Assembly: GCA_963699545.1 (NCBI GenBank) | Contig: CAVOUE010000005.1 | Coordinates: 284,570 to 316,569, forward strand | Source of the DNA: Nitrospirota bacterium | GTDB taxonomy: Bacteria > Nitrospirota > Thermodesulfovibrionia > Thermodesulfovibrionales > UBA9159 | Length of the DNA stretch: 32,000 nt | Reading direction: 5' to 3' | Part shown: positions 1 to 7,948 of the stretch, piece by piece | How the letters are laid out: the number at the start of each line of letters is the position of its first letter | Position numbering within the stretch: position 1 is the stretch's first letter | Program-made: the position numbers and the translations under genes | The notes under the pieces: generated by a model | Databases searched by the model: none | What the model was told of the DNA's origin: nothing | The model's input: the letters and a program-made list of their open reading frames with translations, nothing else

Positions 1-364
1 CGGGAATGCCTTCAGGAAGTCCATGTTCTGGATCGGATATTCCCTCAAAAACAAGGATGTATTGGCTGATTCAGGCACTGCATCCAGGGAACTCAAGCTG
101 AATGTTGTCTCGTTCTTCCTCTCTGCTCTTCTTCTGCTTCACGCGTATGGTTCGGGAAAGGTACTGTTGCTGTCCTTGCTTCCCTTCATCGCTGCCTTGA
201 ATCTTTTCTCAAGCAGGGGACTGATCAGGGCATTTCATCAGACGAAAGGGTTTCACTTTGCTGTAGCCGCGACGATGTATTACTCGCTGCTTTATCCCGT
301 GGCCGTAGGGGCTGGGGCTATGGCAGGTGCGTTGAGATTCTTCCGTTCCGGTGACGGACGATGA
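1..364 (+). CDS. C-terminal part of an integral membrane protein; the gene continues upstream of the window (possibly the membrane tail of a glycosyltransferase)
   Basis: The frame is open from the window edge, with no stop before the first ATG at 23. It has hydrophobic helices LNVVSFFLSALLLLHAY, LLLSLLPFIAALNLF and AVAATMYYSLLYPVAVGAGAMAG. Its stop overlaps the next gene's start (ATGA at 361-364). Confidence 0.5.
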   Translation, partial: GNAFRKSMFWIGYSLKNKDVLADSGTASRELKLNVVSFFLSALLLLHAYGSGKVLLLSLLPFIAALNLFSSRGLIRAFHQTKGFHFAVAATMYYSLLYPVAVGAGAMAGALRFFRSGDGR

Positions 365-1440
365 TGCATTCTCCCTTCCGGCATGCCGGTTCCCTTCTCC
401 GGAAGAACAGGATGATCCATCTCACCTTTTTTGTGACCGGGCGGTGTAATCTCAGGTGCCCCTTCTGTTTCTCCCTCAGCGGACACGGGAAACCTGCGGC
501 TGAGAATGAACTGACACTCGCCGAAATAGAGAGGATATCCGGCTCCATGGGCGATCTGCTCTGGCTCGCCTTCTCGGGCGGCGAGGTCTTTCTCAGAGAA
601 GACATCGTCCAGATCAGCAGTATCTTCTACAAAAACAACAGACCTGCCATTATGCTTTTTCCGACAAACGGGATGCTTCCCGAACTGATCCGTGACAGGA
701 TGGAGGAGATCCTTCGCTGCTGCAACAAGAGCGTCATAGCGGTGAAGCTTTCCATGGAGGGTCTCCACGAGGCCCACGACAGACTTCGCGGCAAAGAGGG
801 CAGCTTTGAGAAGACCATGGCCACCTATCACCTCCTCGGAGACCTCGTTTCGAGATATCCGCACTTCGAGCTGGGGGTCAATACGGTCTTCTATTCTGAA
901 AATCAGGACATGATGCATGAGATCATCGATTTTGTGAAGGGAATGGAAAATGTGACGACTCACACGATATCCATGGTTCGCGGAGATAGGGTGGAGGAAC
1001 GTTTTAAGAAAGTCGATTATCAGAAATACCTTGCCGCCATAGAAAGACTCGAGGAGGGTCTGAAGGACCGGACTTCGCGCACCTACCGTTTCAGGGGAGC
1101 GCGTATCAAGGCTGCGCAGGACATACTGCAGCGCCGGCTTATACACCGTACTACCGTGGAGAAAAAACGCCTCATCCCCTGCTATGCGGGAAGGCTGAAC
1201 CTGGTGCTGACGGAGACCGGCAATGTGTATCCGTGCGAGATCCTGACAGAAGCATTCGGCAACATAAGGGACTATGATTGCGACCTGGGGAAGCTCATCC
1301 GGTCGGAAAAGGCCAGGGAAGTCATTCGGTCCATTGTGGAGGACAGATGTTATTGCACTCATGAATGCTATTTCATGACGAACATCCTTTTTAATCCAAG
1401 GCTCTATCCTCTCCTTGCAAAAGAATACGTGCAACTTTGA
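361..1440 (+). CDS. Radical SAM enzyme with a C-terminal SPASM/twitch-like auxiliary Fe-S domain
   Basis: CxxxCxxC motif CNLRCPFC (C29/C33/C36) follows HLTFFVTGR. A GGE-type motif FSGGEVFL is present. C-terminal Cys cluster: CYAG...YPCE...CYCTHEC. The gene is translationally coupled (ATGA) to the upstream membrane protein. Confidence 0.85.
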   Translation: MMHSPFRHAGSLLRKNRMIHLTFFVTGRCNLRCPFCFSLSGHGKPAAENELTLAEIERISGSMGDLLWLAFSGGEVFLREDIVQISSIFYKNNRPAIMLFPTNGMLPELIRDRMEEILRCCNKSVIAVKLSMEGLHEAHDRLRGKEGSFEKTMATYHLLGDLVSRYPHFELGVNTVFYSENQDMMHEIIDFVKGMENVTTHTISMVRGDRVEERFKKVDYQKYLAAIERLEEGLKDRTSRTYRFRGARIKAAQDILQRRLIHRTTVEKKRLIPCYAGRLNLVLTETGNVYPCEILTEAFGNIRDYDCDLGKLIRSEKAREVIRSIVEDRCYCTHECYFMTNILFNPRLYPLLAKEYVQL

Positions 1441-1508
1441 GCGGCTTCGGTCAATGGGCGGTCGTCTCGACTTTCCGGAAGGCGATCCGCTTGAAATAAA
1501 TTAGGGAT

Positions 1509-2111
1509 TCAAAATCTGTACCCGAGGACTCCCGCAACTATGAAGCCGTTCAGATTCGTCTTCGCGTCGAAAAGGTTTGCCTTCGTGGTGACGATATACT
1601 TGCCTTCGGCTCCGATAAACACGCTTTGTGAAATATCCACGGAAAGGCCGACCAGGACATGGCCTCCCAAGACCGCGCCGCTGTCCTCCGTCGTTGCGTT
1701 CAGTGACGGACCGCTCACTTTCGTTTCCATTGTTGCGAAATAAACCCCCGCGCCTCCTCCCACAGTGACTTCGCCCCCCTTGAAAGGAAGCACCCCTTTG
1801 ACGCTTGCCGTGACAGGGACGACCCAAATGTGGCTATCCGCACTCGAAGCGGTACCACTCGTCGATGCACTGCTCCTGAAGTACCCGACCCCGCCTTCAA
1901 CAGCCAGGTTTGGATTAAGGTATCTGCCGACCGCCATTTCTCCGTTGAAGGCCGTGCCGAACCCTCTGTCATTGAGGTCCCCACCAGGGAAATATGCACC
2001 CGGCTTCACCAAGAAATACGATCCCTTCCACTCCGCGGCAAAGCCGGGAAGAGGCGCCATTACCATAACGACAAGAACCAAACATGCGGCTGCGATGACT
2101 GAACACTTCAT
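1509..2111 (-). CDS. Outer-membrane beta-barrel protein (OmpW/OmpA-like porin family)
   Basis: Sec signal peptide MKCSVIAAACLVLVVMVMAPLPGFA/AE. Alternating-hydrophobicity, Gly/Tyr-rich strands. C-terminus GVLGYRF ends in Phe, as in OMPs. AGGAGG lies 6 nt upstream of the ATG. Confidence 0.8.
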   Translation of the reverse strand: MKCSVIAAACLVLVVMVMAPLPGFAAEWKGSYFLVKPGAYFPGGDLNDRGFGTAFNGEMAVGRYLNPNLAVEGGVGYFRSSASTSGTASSADSHIWVVPVTASVKGVLPFKGGEVTVGGGAGVYFATMETKVSGPSLNATTEDSGAVLGGHVLVGLSVDISQSVFIGAEGKYIVTTKANLFDAKTNLNGFIVAGVLGYRF

Positions 2112-2422
2112 GTTCTTCCTCCTTTTGTCTGTTTAATCACAGCGTCACTGTGCGCCGTGAGTGTCAGAAGGGTTATGACAAAGACCGCGCGTTTCATGAA
2201 CTCATTCCTGTTCTTCCATAGAAACGGCCGTACCCAAGAATATCCTGCGACCCGCAGCATATTCTTGGGTTTCTCTATTGCGTGCTGGATTATAGCTTCC
2301 CGATATGCGTATGTCAATGTCATATCAGCTGAGGAGATATCTGCTGCTGAAAGCCGCCGCCGCGTGTTATGAGCGGGGGCTTTCCTGCAGCGCTTCACAC
2401 CACGTTCTCCGTGTGATATCCT

Positions 2423-2971
2423 ATGAGCATGAGCAGACGTAGATGGTCGCAAAGCTGCATGTTCGTCGCGGTACTGTTCCTCTCCCTGGCCGTCATTTCC
2501 TGTGCCCCGGCTCCCTTGTTAAAGACCTCTTTGGTGCAGCCGGGGGAGATAACCGGGACGTATACCCTTATTCTCTATGGAGCGAGATACAGCGGCGATA
2601 TAGAGAACGTTGCCATACTCGCAAAAGAGGGGACGGGGTACACCTTCGATGTCTATGCTCCTGCATTCGACTACAAAGTGAAGAAAGCTCTCCCTGCGGA
2701 TGAGGCCCTTGAAACGGCTCAACGCTTTGTCGGTTTTCATTATGCGTTCAGGCGCTCGCAACTGAGCGGGATCATGGACGATAGAGGAGTGGTTATCGGG
2801 TATGAAGTGCGGCCTCTCTATTCCCCGCTGGACTTCGGTTATTCCGATGTCCTCGATATCACCTACCTCCGTCAGGACAGCAAGGTGGTAGTAAGGATCC
2901 GGCTCATACCGGAGCTGGACAGACCACCCTTCAGGGAGAATAACCCTTTCCTCTTCAGATTTATAAGATAG
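2423..2971 (+). CDS. Hypothetical lipoprotein
   Basis: 182-aa ORF with a basic N-region, a hydrophobic core and the lipobox LAVIS-C27. I recognise no catalytic motif. Confidence 0.6.
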   Translation: MSMSRRRWSQSCMFVAVLFLSLAVISCAPAPLLKTSLVQPGEITGTYTLILYGARYSGDIENVAILAKEGTGYTFDVYAPAFDYKVKKALPADEALETAQRFVGFHYAFRRSQLSGIMDDRGVVIGYEVRPLYSPLDFGYSDVLDITYLRQDSKVVVRIRLIPELDRPPFRENNPFLFRFIR

Positions 2972-3021
2972 AGAAGGAGCAAGCGCTCCGTTCCTCTCCC
3001 TCTCAAAGACAAACCGTTTCC

Positions 3022-3030
3022 TGTTACAAT
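3022..3030 (+). promoter_or_regulatory. Extended -10 box TGTTACAAT, 6 nt upstream of the PHP start codon (possible leaderless transcript)
   Basis: TGnTACAAT at 3022-3030, ATG at 3037. There is no Shine-Dalgarno sequence in the 25 nt upstream. Confidence 0.3.
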
Positions 3031-3036
3031 AGTGTC

Positions 3037-3669
3037 ATGCCGCTGAGGATCGATCTGCACGTGCATTCAAAATACAGCGGAGATAATGTCTCCGAGCCCG
3101 AGGAGACGGTCCTTAAGGCCATCGAGCTGAACCTGGACGGCATCGCCTTTACGGAGCACTACTCATACGAAGCTTCAGAGCCTGTCGAGAGGCTGAAGGA
3201 AAAATATCGGGACGCGATCAGGATATTCAGAGGAGTCGAATTCTCCTCTGCAGAGGGGCACTGTCTCATCTTCGGCGTAAACACCGACCTCCTGCGCATC
3301 AAATACGCGCCTGTGGAAGAAGTGGTGCGGATCGTCAACGATGCAGGCGGGGTACTCATCCCTTCACATCCGTACAGGATAGGGAACAGCCTCGGAGATA
3401 TCGTGCGGCGGGTTAAGGGAATATGCGCACTGGAAGGATATAACGGCTGCAACATGCATGCATACAATGAAAAGGCCGTCGAAGCGGCACTATCGTTACG
3501 CCTTCCCTATACCGGCGGGTCCGATGCACATGCCCCCGAAGAGGTGGGCATGTGCTACACCGAGTTTGACGGCGGCATCGCAGACGATGATCTCGTCGTC
3601 TTGCTCAAGAAAGGACGTTACCGGGGCGTTGATGCACGGTCCCGGTTCAGGCGCTTTTCGCCTTATTGA
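3037..3669 (+). CDS. PHP-domain metal-dependent phosphoesterase
   Basis: N-terminal IDLHVHSKYSGD (HxH), internal AFTEH, PSHP, and C-terminal GGSDAH. Together these are the His/Asp metal ligands of the PHP fold. Confidence 0.8.
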   Translation: MPLRIDLHVHSKYSGDNVSEPEETVLKAIELNLDGIAFTEHYSYEASEPVERLKEKYRDAIRIFRGVEFSSAEGHCLIFGVNTDLLRIKYAPVEEVVRIVNDAGGVLIPSHPYRIGNSLGDIVRRVKGICALEGYNGCNMHAYNEKAVEAALSLRLPYTGGSDAHAPEEVGMCYTEFDGGIADDDLVVLLKKGRYRGVDARSRFRRFSPY

Positions 3670-5092
3670 AGATGCCCCGCCTGGCCCAGAGCCAGAAGAG
3701 ACTCCTGATGCTTTTGAAAGCGACCCCGAGGTCATGGAGGCTCCTCAGTTCCAGGATCCTCCTGAAGATAAAGGAAGGCCTTGAATAGAATCTCCTGAAA
3801 GCCGTCTGCCGAAGTTTCAGTATCTCTTCCCTTGTCATTGTGCGGGGTATGAACGCTGCGCCCTGATAGGTAAAGTCCGTAAGCTCCTGTGACATGGTGC
3901 CGTACTTTTCGAGGTTGTCATACAGATAGGTACCGGGGAAGGGCGTGATGGCGTGAAAATTTGCGATGTCAGGGTTGAGGTCGATCGAGAACTGAATGGT
4001 CTGGAGGCCTTCCTCGAACGTCTCCCCAGGGATACCAAAGATGAACGGCGTGCTGACCCTCAGGCCGACCTCCTTCGCCGCTTTCACCGCCTTCCGTATC
4101 TGCGGAAGGGTTGTGCCCTTCCGTATGGTGTTGAGGTTCTTCTGGACGCCGCTCTCCGCACCGAAGAGAATTGCCCAGCAACCCGCCTCCTTAAATGCCT
4201 TGAGCAGCGGTTTGTCCACCTGGTTCACACATGCGGAAGCAAACCATGTGAAATCAAGACGCCTCGCCTTTATCTCCCGAGCAAGGTTCATCGCGCGGTC
4301 ATAATCTGCGGCCAGGGTATCATCGATGAACTTGATCTCCCGGTATCCCTCTTTCAGGCAGTGCTCTATCTCTTTCAGGACATTCTCGACACTGCGGTAA
4401 CGGATCCCGCTCTTCCTCTCTCTGTCCATCTGGAAACAGTATATGCATCTCCTGTTGCAGCCCCTCGAGGTCATGAGGACGGCTACAGGCTTCCTCCGGT
4501 ACGTGGCAGGGGGAGGGATATAGCGGTTTGAATCCCCCAAAAGTTCCCTGGCAGGAAAGGGGAGGGAATCAAGGTCAGTGATCAACGGCCTGGGAGGGTT
4601 CTTCCTGATGTTCTTTCCCTCGCGGTAAACAACACCCATGACCCCCTCGAGACCTTTTCCAGACCGGAGCCTGTCGACCATCTCAGGGACCGTAAATTCT
4701 CCCTCACCGGTGACCACGGCATCAAGAGATTCTCCTGCATCCTCAAGACATCGTTCCTGTAGGGCAATGGGATAGGGACCTCCCGCACAGATGAAGGTCT
4801 GCCCGCACAGGCTGCTCCTGAAATCGCGGGCTGCCTGTTTCGCCTTTTCCCAGCCGAAGGTTGTGGAATATATGCCTATGAACTCCGGCTCAAACTCCCT
4901 CACACTTCTTAGGATCTCTTCCTTGGTCATGAATGCGCCGTTCAGGAACCTCACTTCATGACCTGCCTTCCGGAGCATCGCAGCAACATAAAGGGTCCCC
5001 AGGGGCTGCCAGTAGTTTATCTGCGAACCTGCGGTCTTCGAGGCGAATATCTCTTCCGGGACCCATGAAGGTATGACCAGTGCGCATCTCAT
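3647..5092 (-). CDS. B12-binding-domain radical SAM enzyme (class B-like)
   Basis: N-terminal Rossmann-like B12-binding-type segment (ALVIPSW...LGTLYVAAMLRKAGHEVRFLN...IGIYSTT), followed by the radical SAM motif TSRGCNRRCIYC. I trimmed the start to Met26 (MRCALVIPSW, 5092) to remove a 53-nt overlap with the upstream gene. Confidence 0.85.
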   Translation of the reverse strand: MRCALVIPSWVPEEIFASKTAGSQINYWQPLGTLYVAAMLRKAGHEVRFLNGAFMTKEEILRSVREFEPEFIGIYSTTFGWEKAKQAARDFRSSLCGQTFICAGGPYPIALQERCLEDAGESLDAVVTGEGEFTVPEMVDRLRSGKGLEGVMGVVYREGKNIRKNPPRPLITDLDSLPFPARELLGDSNRYIPPPATYRRKPVAVLMTSRGCNRRCIYCFQMDRERKSGIRYRSVENVLKEIEHCLKEGYREIKFIDDTLAADYDRAMNLAREIKARRLDFTWFASACVNQVDKPLLKAFKEAGCWAILFGAESGVQKNLNTIRKGTTLPQIRKAVKAAKEVGLRVSTPFIFGIPGETFEEGLQTIQFSIDLNPDIANFHAITPFPGTYLYDNLEKYGTMSQELTDFTYQGAAFIPRTMTREEILKLRQTAFRRFYSRPSFIFRRILELRSLHDLGVAFKSIRSLFWLWARRGIFNKAKSA

Positions 5093-5114
5093 AAGGGAAT
5101 GCCTTCCCGTCTTG

Positions 5115-6599
5115 TCACTGCGTTGCCGCATCGGCGGAAACAACCTCGTCTTTGCATACCGCTCCATATTTTTCCGGGATTACCTCATCGGTCGCAACCA
5201 CCTCACCGCAATGACGCTTCCCTTCCCCACTTGTGTCTGTCTCCCCTATGATGGTCCCTGCCGTGCGTATTCCGGATTCAATGGCATGGTCCATGTTGTA
5301 GTATCTGAACATCCCTCCCCTCCCCGCGATATGGAGGTTCCTGAACCGTCCCAGATATTCATACAGCTCATCACACGGTCCACTGTATCCCACTTCGAAG
5401 AGGGGGTAGGCCTCAGGTACCCTCACCACCATGCTGTCCGTGACCTCGTGCCTCTTCATGAACCCGAGCGCCTCGAGGTTCTCAACCGCGATATCGGCCA
5501 GCCGTTCATCTCTCTCTCTCCATAAGGTGTCACCTTTATAGCTGAAGAATTCAGTAACGAGAACTGTCTCGCCCTCCGGGGCCATCTTTTCGCTCCAGTT
5601 CGTCGGCTCATGAATTCTTCCAAAAGGTATCCTCTTCTCGGGGATGTAGATCCATGTCTGGTCGGTAACTCTCTTCCGCTTCACCATGACCGCAACGACC
5701 ACCAGGTCTCTGAACCTGAGCTTTGAAGCAGCGGCCAGGACCCTTTCCGGCGGAGCGGGATCGAGTTTCTGCACGAGCTTTGTCAAAGGCATGCTTGAGA
5801 TGAATTCCTCTCCGGACACCGTGGTCGCGGTACCCCGGCTGTTCACCACGAGACCGTCTATCCTGAAGCCCGTGTGCATAATGCGCTCCACACATGCCCC
5901 CGTGACAACATCGCCGCACTTCTCTATCTCCTCCCTGAGCCTGTCGGAAATCCGCCCGATGCCCAGTGCCGGGTACAAGAACTCATCTGCAAGGGTCGGA
6001 AGATCCTTTCCGTTCAATCTGAAGAAGGCATTCTTAACGGCTTTACCCAGAGAAAGTCCCTTGATACGCTGAGATACCCATTCCGCGCTTATCCTGCCAC
6101 AATCGATCCCCCAGACCTTTTCGCTGTATTCCTTGAAATAGATATCGAACATCTTCCGGCCGAAATTGCTCACTACCCAGTCTTCAAGGGACAGGATGTC
6201 GGTCTTCTTCACCATCCTCCTGAGTCTTTCAGCGGCATAGTCGCTCATTATCCTGACTGTCGTGGGTATGCCCAGACCGAAAACCGCATTGAAAGGTTTC
6301 AGGGGATAATCGAAATATTTGCCGCGGAGGAAGATCTTGCTTTTGCGGGGGACGGAAACCAGCTCATCCTTCATCAGATCCATCACAAACCGGTCCACTG
6401 CCGGGTCCTTTGTGAAGAACCGGTGACCACCAAGATCAAAGCGGAAACCGTTCCGGACAATGGTCTTTGAGAGACCCCCCACAACGCTATCCCGCTCGAA
6501 GAGCCTCACCTTGAATCCGGCCCTGGTCAAGACATACCCGGCGGAGAGACCGGTGAGCCCTCCCCCTACTATCAGTATCTCTTTTTTTTGATTGGCCAA
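5115..6599 (-). CDS. FAD/NAD(P)-dependent oxidoreductase (amine-oxidase / UDP-galactopyranose-mutase-like fold)
   Basis: Dinucleotide-binding motif ILIVGGGLTGLSAGYVL...LFERDSVVGGL at the N-terminus. 494 aa. TTG start as in the ORF track, with AGGAG/GGGGA upstream. It lies 22 nt upstream of the B12-radical-SAM gene. Confidence 0.8.
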   Translation of the reverse strand: MANQKKEILIVGGGLTGLSAGYVLTRAGFKVRLFERDSVVGGLSKTIVRNGFRFDLGGHRFFTKDPAVDRFVMDLMKDELVSVPRKSKIFLRGKYFDYPLKPFNAVFGLGIPTTVRIMSDYAAERLRRMVKKTDILSLEDWVVSNFGRKMFDIYFKEYSEKVWGIDCGRISAEWVSQRIKGLSLGKAVKNAFFRLNGKDLPTLADEFLYPALGIGRISDRLREEIEKCGDVVTGACVERIMHTGFRIDGLVVNSRGTATTVSGEEFISSMPLTKLVQKLDPAPPERVLAAASKLRFRDLVVVAVMVKRKRVTDQTWIYIPEKRIPFGRIHEPTNWSEKMAPEGETVLVTEFFSYKGDTLWRERDERLADIAVENLEALGFMKRHEVTDSMVVRVPEAYPLFEVGYSGPCDELYEYLGRFRNLHIAGRGGMFRYYNMDHAIESGIRTAGTIIGETDTSGEGKRHCGEVVATDEVIPEKYGAVCKDEVVSADAATQ

Positions 6600-6740
6600 A
6601 CGGTCCCCTGCTCCTGACTAAAGGGTAAATTTTATTATAGTAGTATTATAAGGTATTTGGGGGTTCGAATGCCCGGGGATTAGCTGATACGCATCTTAAG
6701 AATGGAGCATGTCCAAACACTTCGCTTCTTCACCACAATG

Positions 6741-6774
6741 AAAAAGCCCTGCGTAAAGGCCGCAGGGCTTTTTC
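6741..6774. terminator. Bidirectional rho-independent terminator
   Basis: AAAAA-AGCCCTGCG-taaaggc-CGCAGGGCT-TTTTT: a 9-bp GC-rich stem flanked by an A-run and a T-run, 20 nt downstream of the usp stop. Confidence 0.75.
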
Positions 6775-6794
6775 ATAATCATCAAACGATATCT

Positions 6795-7277
6795 TCACTC
6801 TACCTTTGCACCGCTTGGTACAAGCAAAACGGGTATTTCTGAGCTATTTGCCACTTCCCTGCTGACGCTTCCCATGAACAAGTGCGTCGTCCTTCTGCCC
6901 CTCGAACCGATAACGATCATATCAGCTCCCTCTTCCCTGGCGGTTGCGAGTATCTCTTCAGCGGGATGGCCTTTTCTCAATACGGTTCTAACGCCTGTTA
7001 CGCCCCTCTCCTCCAATGCCTTCTTGTAATAATTCAGGATCGTCTGCGCCTTTTTGTCCAACGCCTCCTGGTATTCCGTTCCCTCTAACACTTCCTTCAG
7101 GGTCTTCATTTCCGAAACGCTCAGCAGTTGATCGTCCATTAAGGATCTGCCTTCAAGTTTCTCCACATAGACCAGAAGAACCGCCTCCGGACGTATGCAG
7201 GAACATACATGAGTGCACATTTCAAAGGCATTCTTGGTGCCTTTTGTATCGTCTACTGCAATCAGTATTTTTTTCAT
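6795..7277 (-). CDS. Universal stress protein (UspA family)
   Basis: MKKILIAVDDTKGT... and the ATP-binding-type motif VIGSRGRRTTHLFMGSVS...VLLVP. I trimmed the start to the ATG at 7277 (AGGGGA SD 4 nt upstream). The longer ORF-track version (to 7493) only adds the off-frame repeat region. Confidence 0.85.
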   Translation of the reverse strand: MKKILIAVDDTKGTKNAFEMCTHVCSCIRPEAVLLVYVEKLEGRSLMDDQLLSVSEMKTLKEVLEGTEYQEALDKKAQTILNYYKKALEERGVTGVRTVLRKGHPAEEILATAREEGADMIVIGSRGRRTTHLFMGSVSREVANSSEIPVLLVPSGAKVE

Positions 7278-7614
7278 TTTTTCCCCTGCCCTGTTGGTTA
7301 GTATGCGCCGGCCTACTTGCCCGTAGCCGCCCGCCGCCGGCTTGGACGGTGCTCCATATCCGCCTGCTGCAGAAGGCTGCCCCGTATCCGCCCGCTTTCG
7401 GAGCGGCTCCATACCCACCCGCTGCCGGCGCCGAGCCGTACCCGCCGGCCGCCGGCGCAGATCCGTAGCCTCCCCCCGCCGGAGCAGACCCATAACCGCC
7501 TGCCGCCTGTCCCTGACTGGCCTGTGCAGTCACGTCATGCTGCTGGCTGTAAACCAGCAGAAACCCCAGCATTCCCGCAACGATCAATATCAAAACCACC
7601 AAAGGTGCTTTCAT
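7222..7614 (-). CDS. Membrane-anchored GGYG-repeat (Gly/Tyr-rich) protein; the reading frame is disrupted inside the repeat
   Basis: Strong SD (GAGGAGGG, 5 nt upstream of the ATG). N-terminal hydrophobic anchor MKAPLVVLILIVAGMLGFLLVY, then 5 copies of GGYG(S/A)AP(A/K)A. After aa 80 the frame gives an Arg-rich, non-protein-like tail, while two further GGYG units continue in another frame. Confidence 0.55.
   Translation of the reverse strand: MKAPLVVLILIVAGMLGFLLVYSQQHDVTAQASQGQAAGGYGSAPAGGGYGSAPAAGGYGSAPAAGGYGAAPKAGGYGAAFCSRRIWSTVQAGGGRLRASRPAHTNQQGRGKNEKNTDCSRRYKRHQECL
7321..7503 (-). repeat. Imperfect ~24-bp tandem repeat encoding GGYGxAPx units (7 units across two reading frames)
   Basis: The minus-strand reading gives GGYGSAPA / GGGYGSAPA / AGGYGSAPA / AGGYGAAPK / AGGYGAA, then in another frame AAGGYGAPSKP / AAGGYGQ. 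Confidence 0.8.
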
Positions 7615-7660
7615 CGTACCCTCCTCGTTGTTTCATAGAGAGGCAACATTATTATCTCTC

Positions 7661-7912
7661 TTATCCCTTTTTGATCTTCAGATATATTTTGCCGCCTTCT
7701 GTCCTCTTATCCACTACCTCATGACCTACCTGATCACACATCTGGACTATTGTTTCAACAGACGAAGGATTATCAAGGACCACCTCAAGAACGTCACCCT
7801 CGGCCATTTTCTCGAGGGATTTTTTGCAGTAGATCTGGGGATGCGGACAGACATATCCGCAGACATCAAGCATATATGCTCCCTCACCTGTCTTTTCAAA
7901 TTTCATAGCCAT
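7661..7912 (-). CDS. TusA/SirA/YeeD-family sulfur carrier protein
   Basis: 83 aa with the conserved Cys-Pro-x-Pro motif (DVCGYVCPHPQ). GGAGGAAG SD. Starts 36 nt downstream of the yeeE-like gene. Confidence 0.85.
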   Translation of the reverse strand: MAMKFEKTGEGAYMLDVCGYVCPHPQIYCKKSLEKMAEGDVLEVVLDNPSSVETIVQMCDQVGHEVVDKRTEGGKIYLKIKKG

Positions 7913-7948
7913 GACAAACTTCCTCCTTTAATTTGTTTTTTTGTTATA

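Noticed and set aside
292-1434. A 380-aa ORF on the minus strand covering almost the whole radical SAM gene
   Set aside because: This is a shadow ORF. The plus-strand frame carries the CxxxCxxC, GGE and SPASM-like Cys motifs. The antisense translation has no motif and an odd His/Arg/Pro-rich composition.
2108-2197. A 29-aa upstream ORF (MKRAVFVITLLTLTAHSDAVIKQTKGGRT) whose stop overlaps the OMP start codon (ATGA)
   Set aside because: It could be a leader peptide or the relic of a signal peptide. It is short, has only a weak SD and no supporting conservation data, so I did not call it.
3647-3669. A 23-bp convergent 3' overlap of the PHP and B12-radical-SAM genes
   Set aside because: Short tail-to-tail overlaps are common in compact genomes. 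No hairpin or other signal is seen here.
6655-6685. A tRNA-like T-loop box, GGGGGTTCGAATGCCCGGGG
   Set aside because: The putative T-stem pairs only 3 bp. The ~60 nt upstream are almost pure A/T (promoter-like TATAAT repeats) and cannot form acceptor, D or anticodon arms. There is no CCA or acceptor complement.
6795-7493. The long (232-aa) version of the usp ORF with an N-terminal extension
   Set aside because: The extension is the GGYG repeat read in a second frame, plus Arg-rich sequence. A canonical MKKILIAVDD start with an SD exists at 7277. The possibility of a real fusion is kept open in the GGYG finding.
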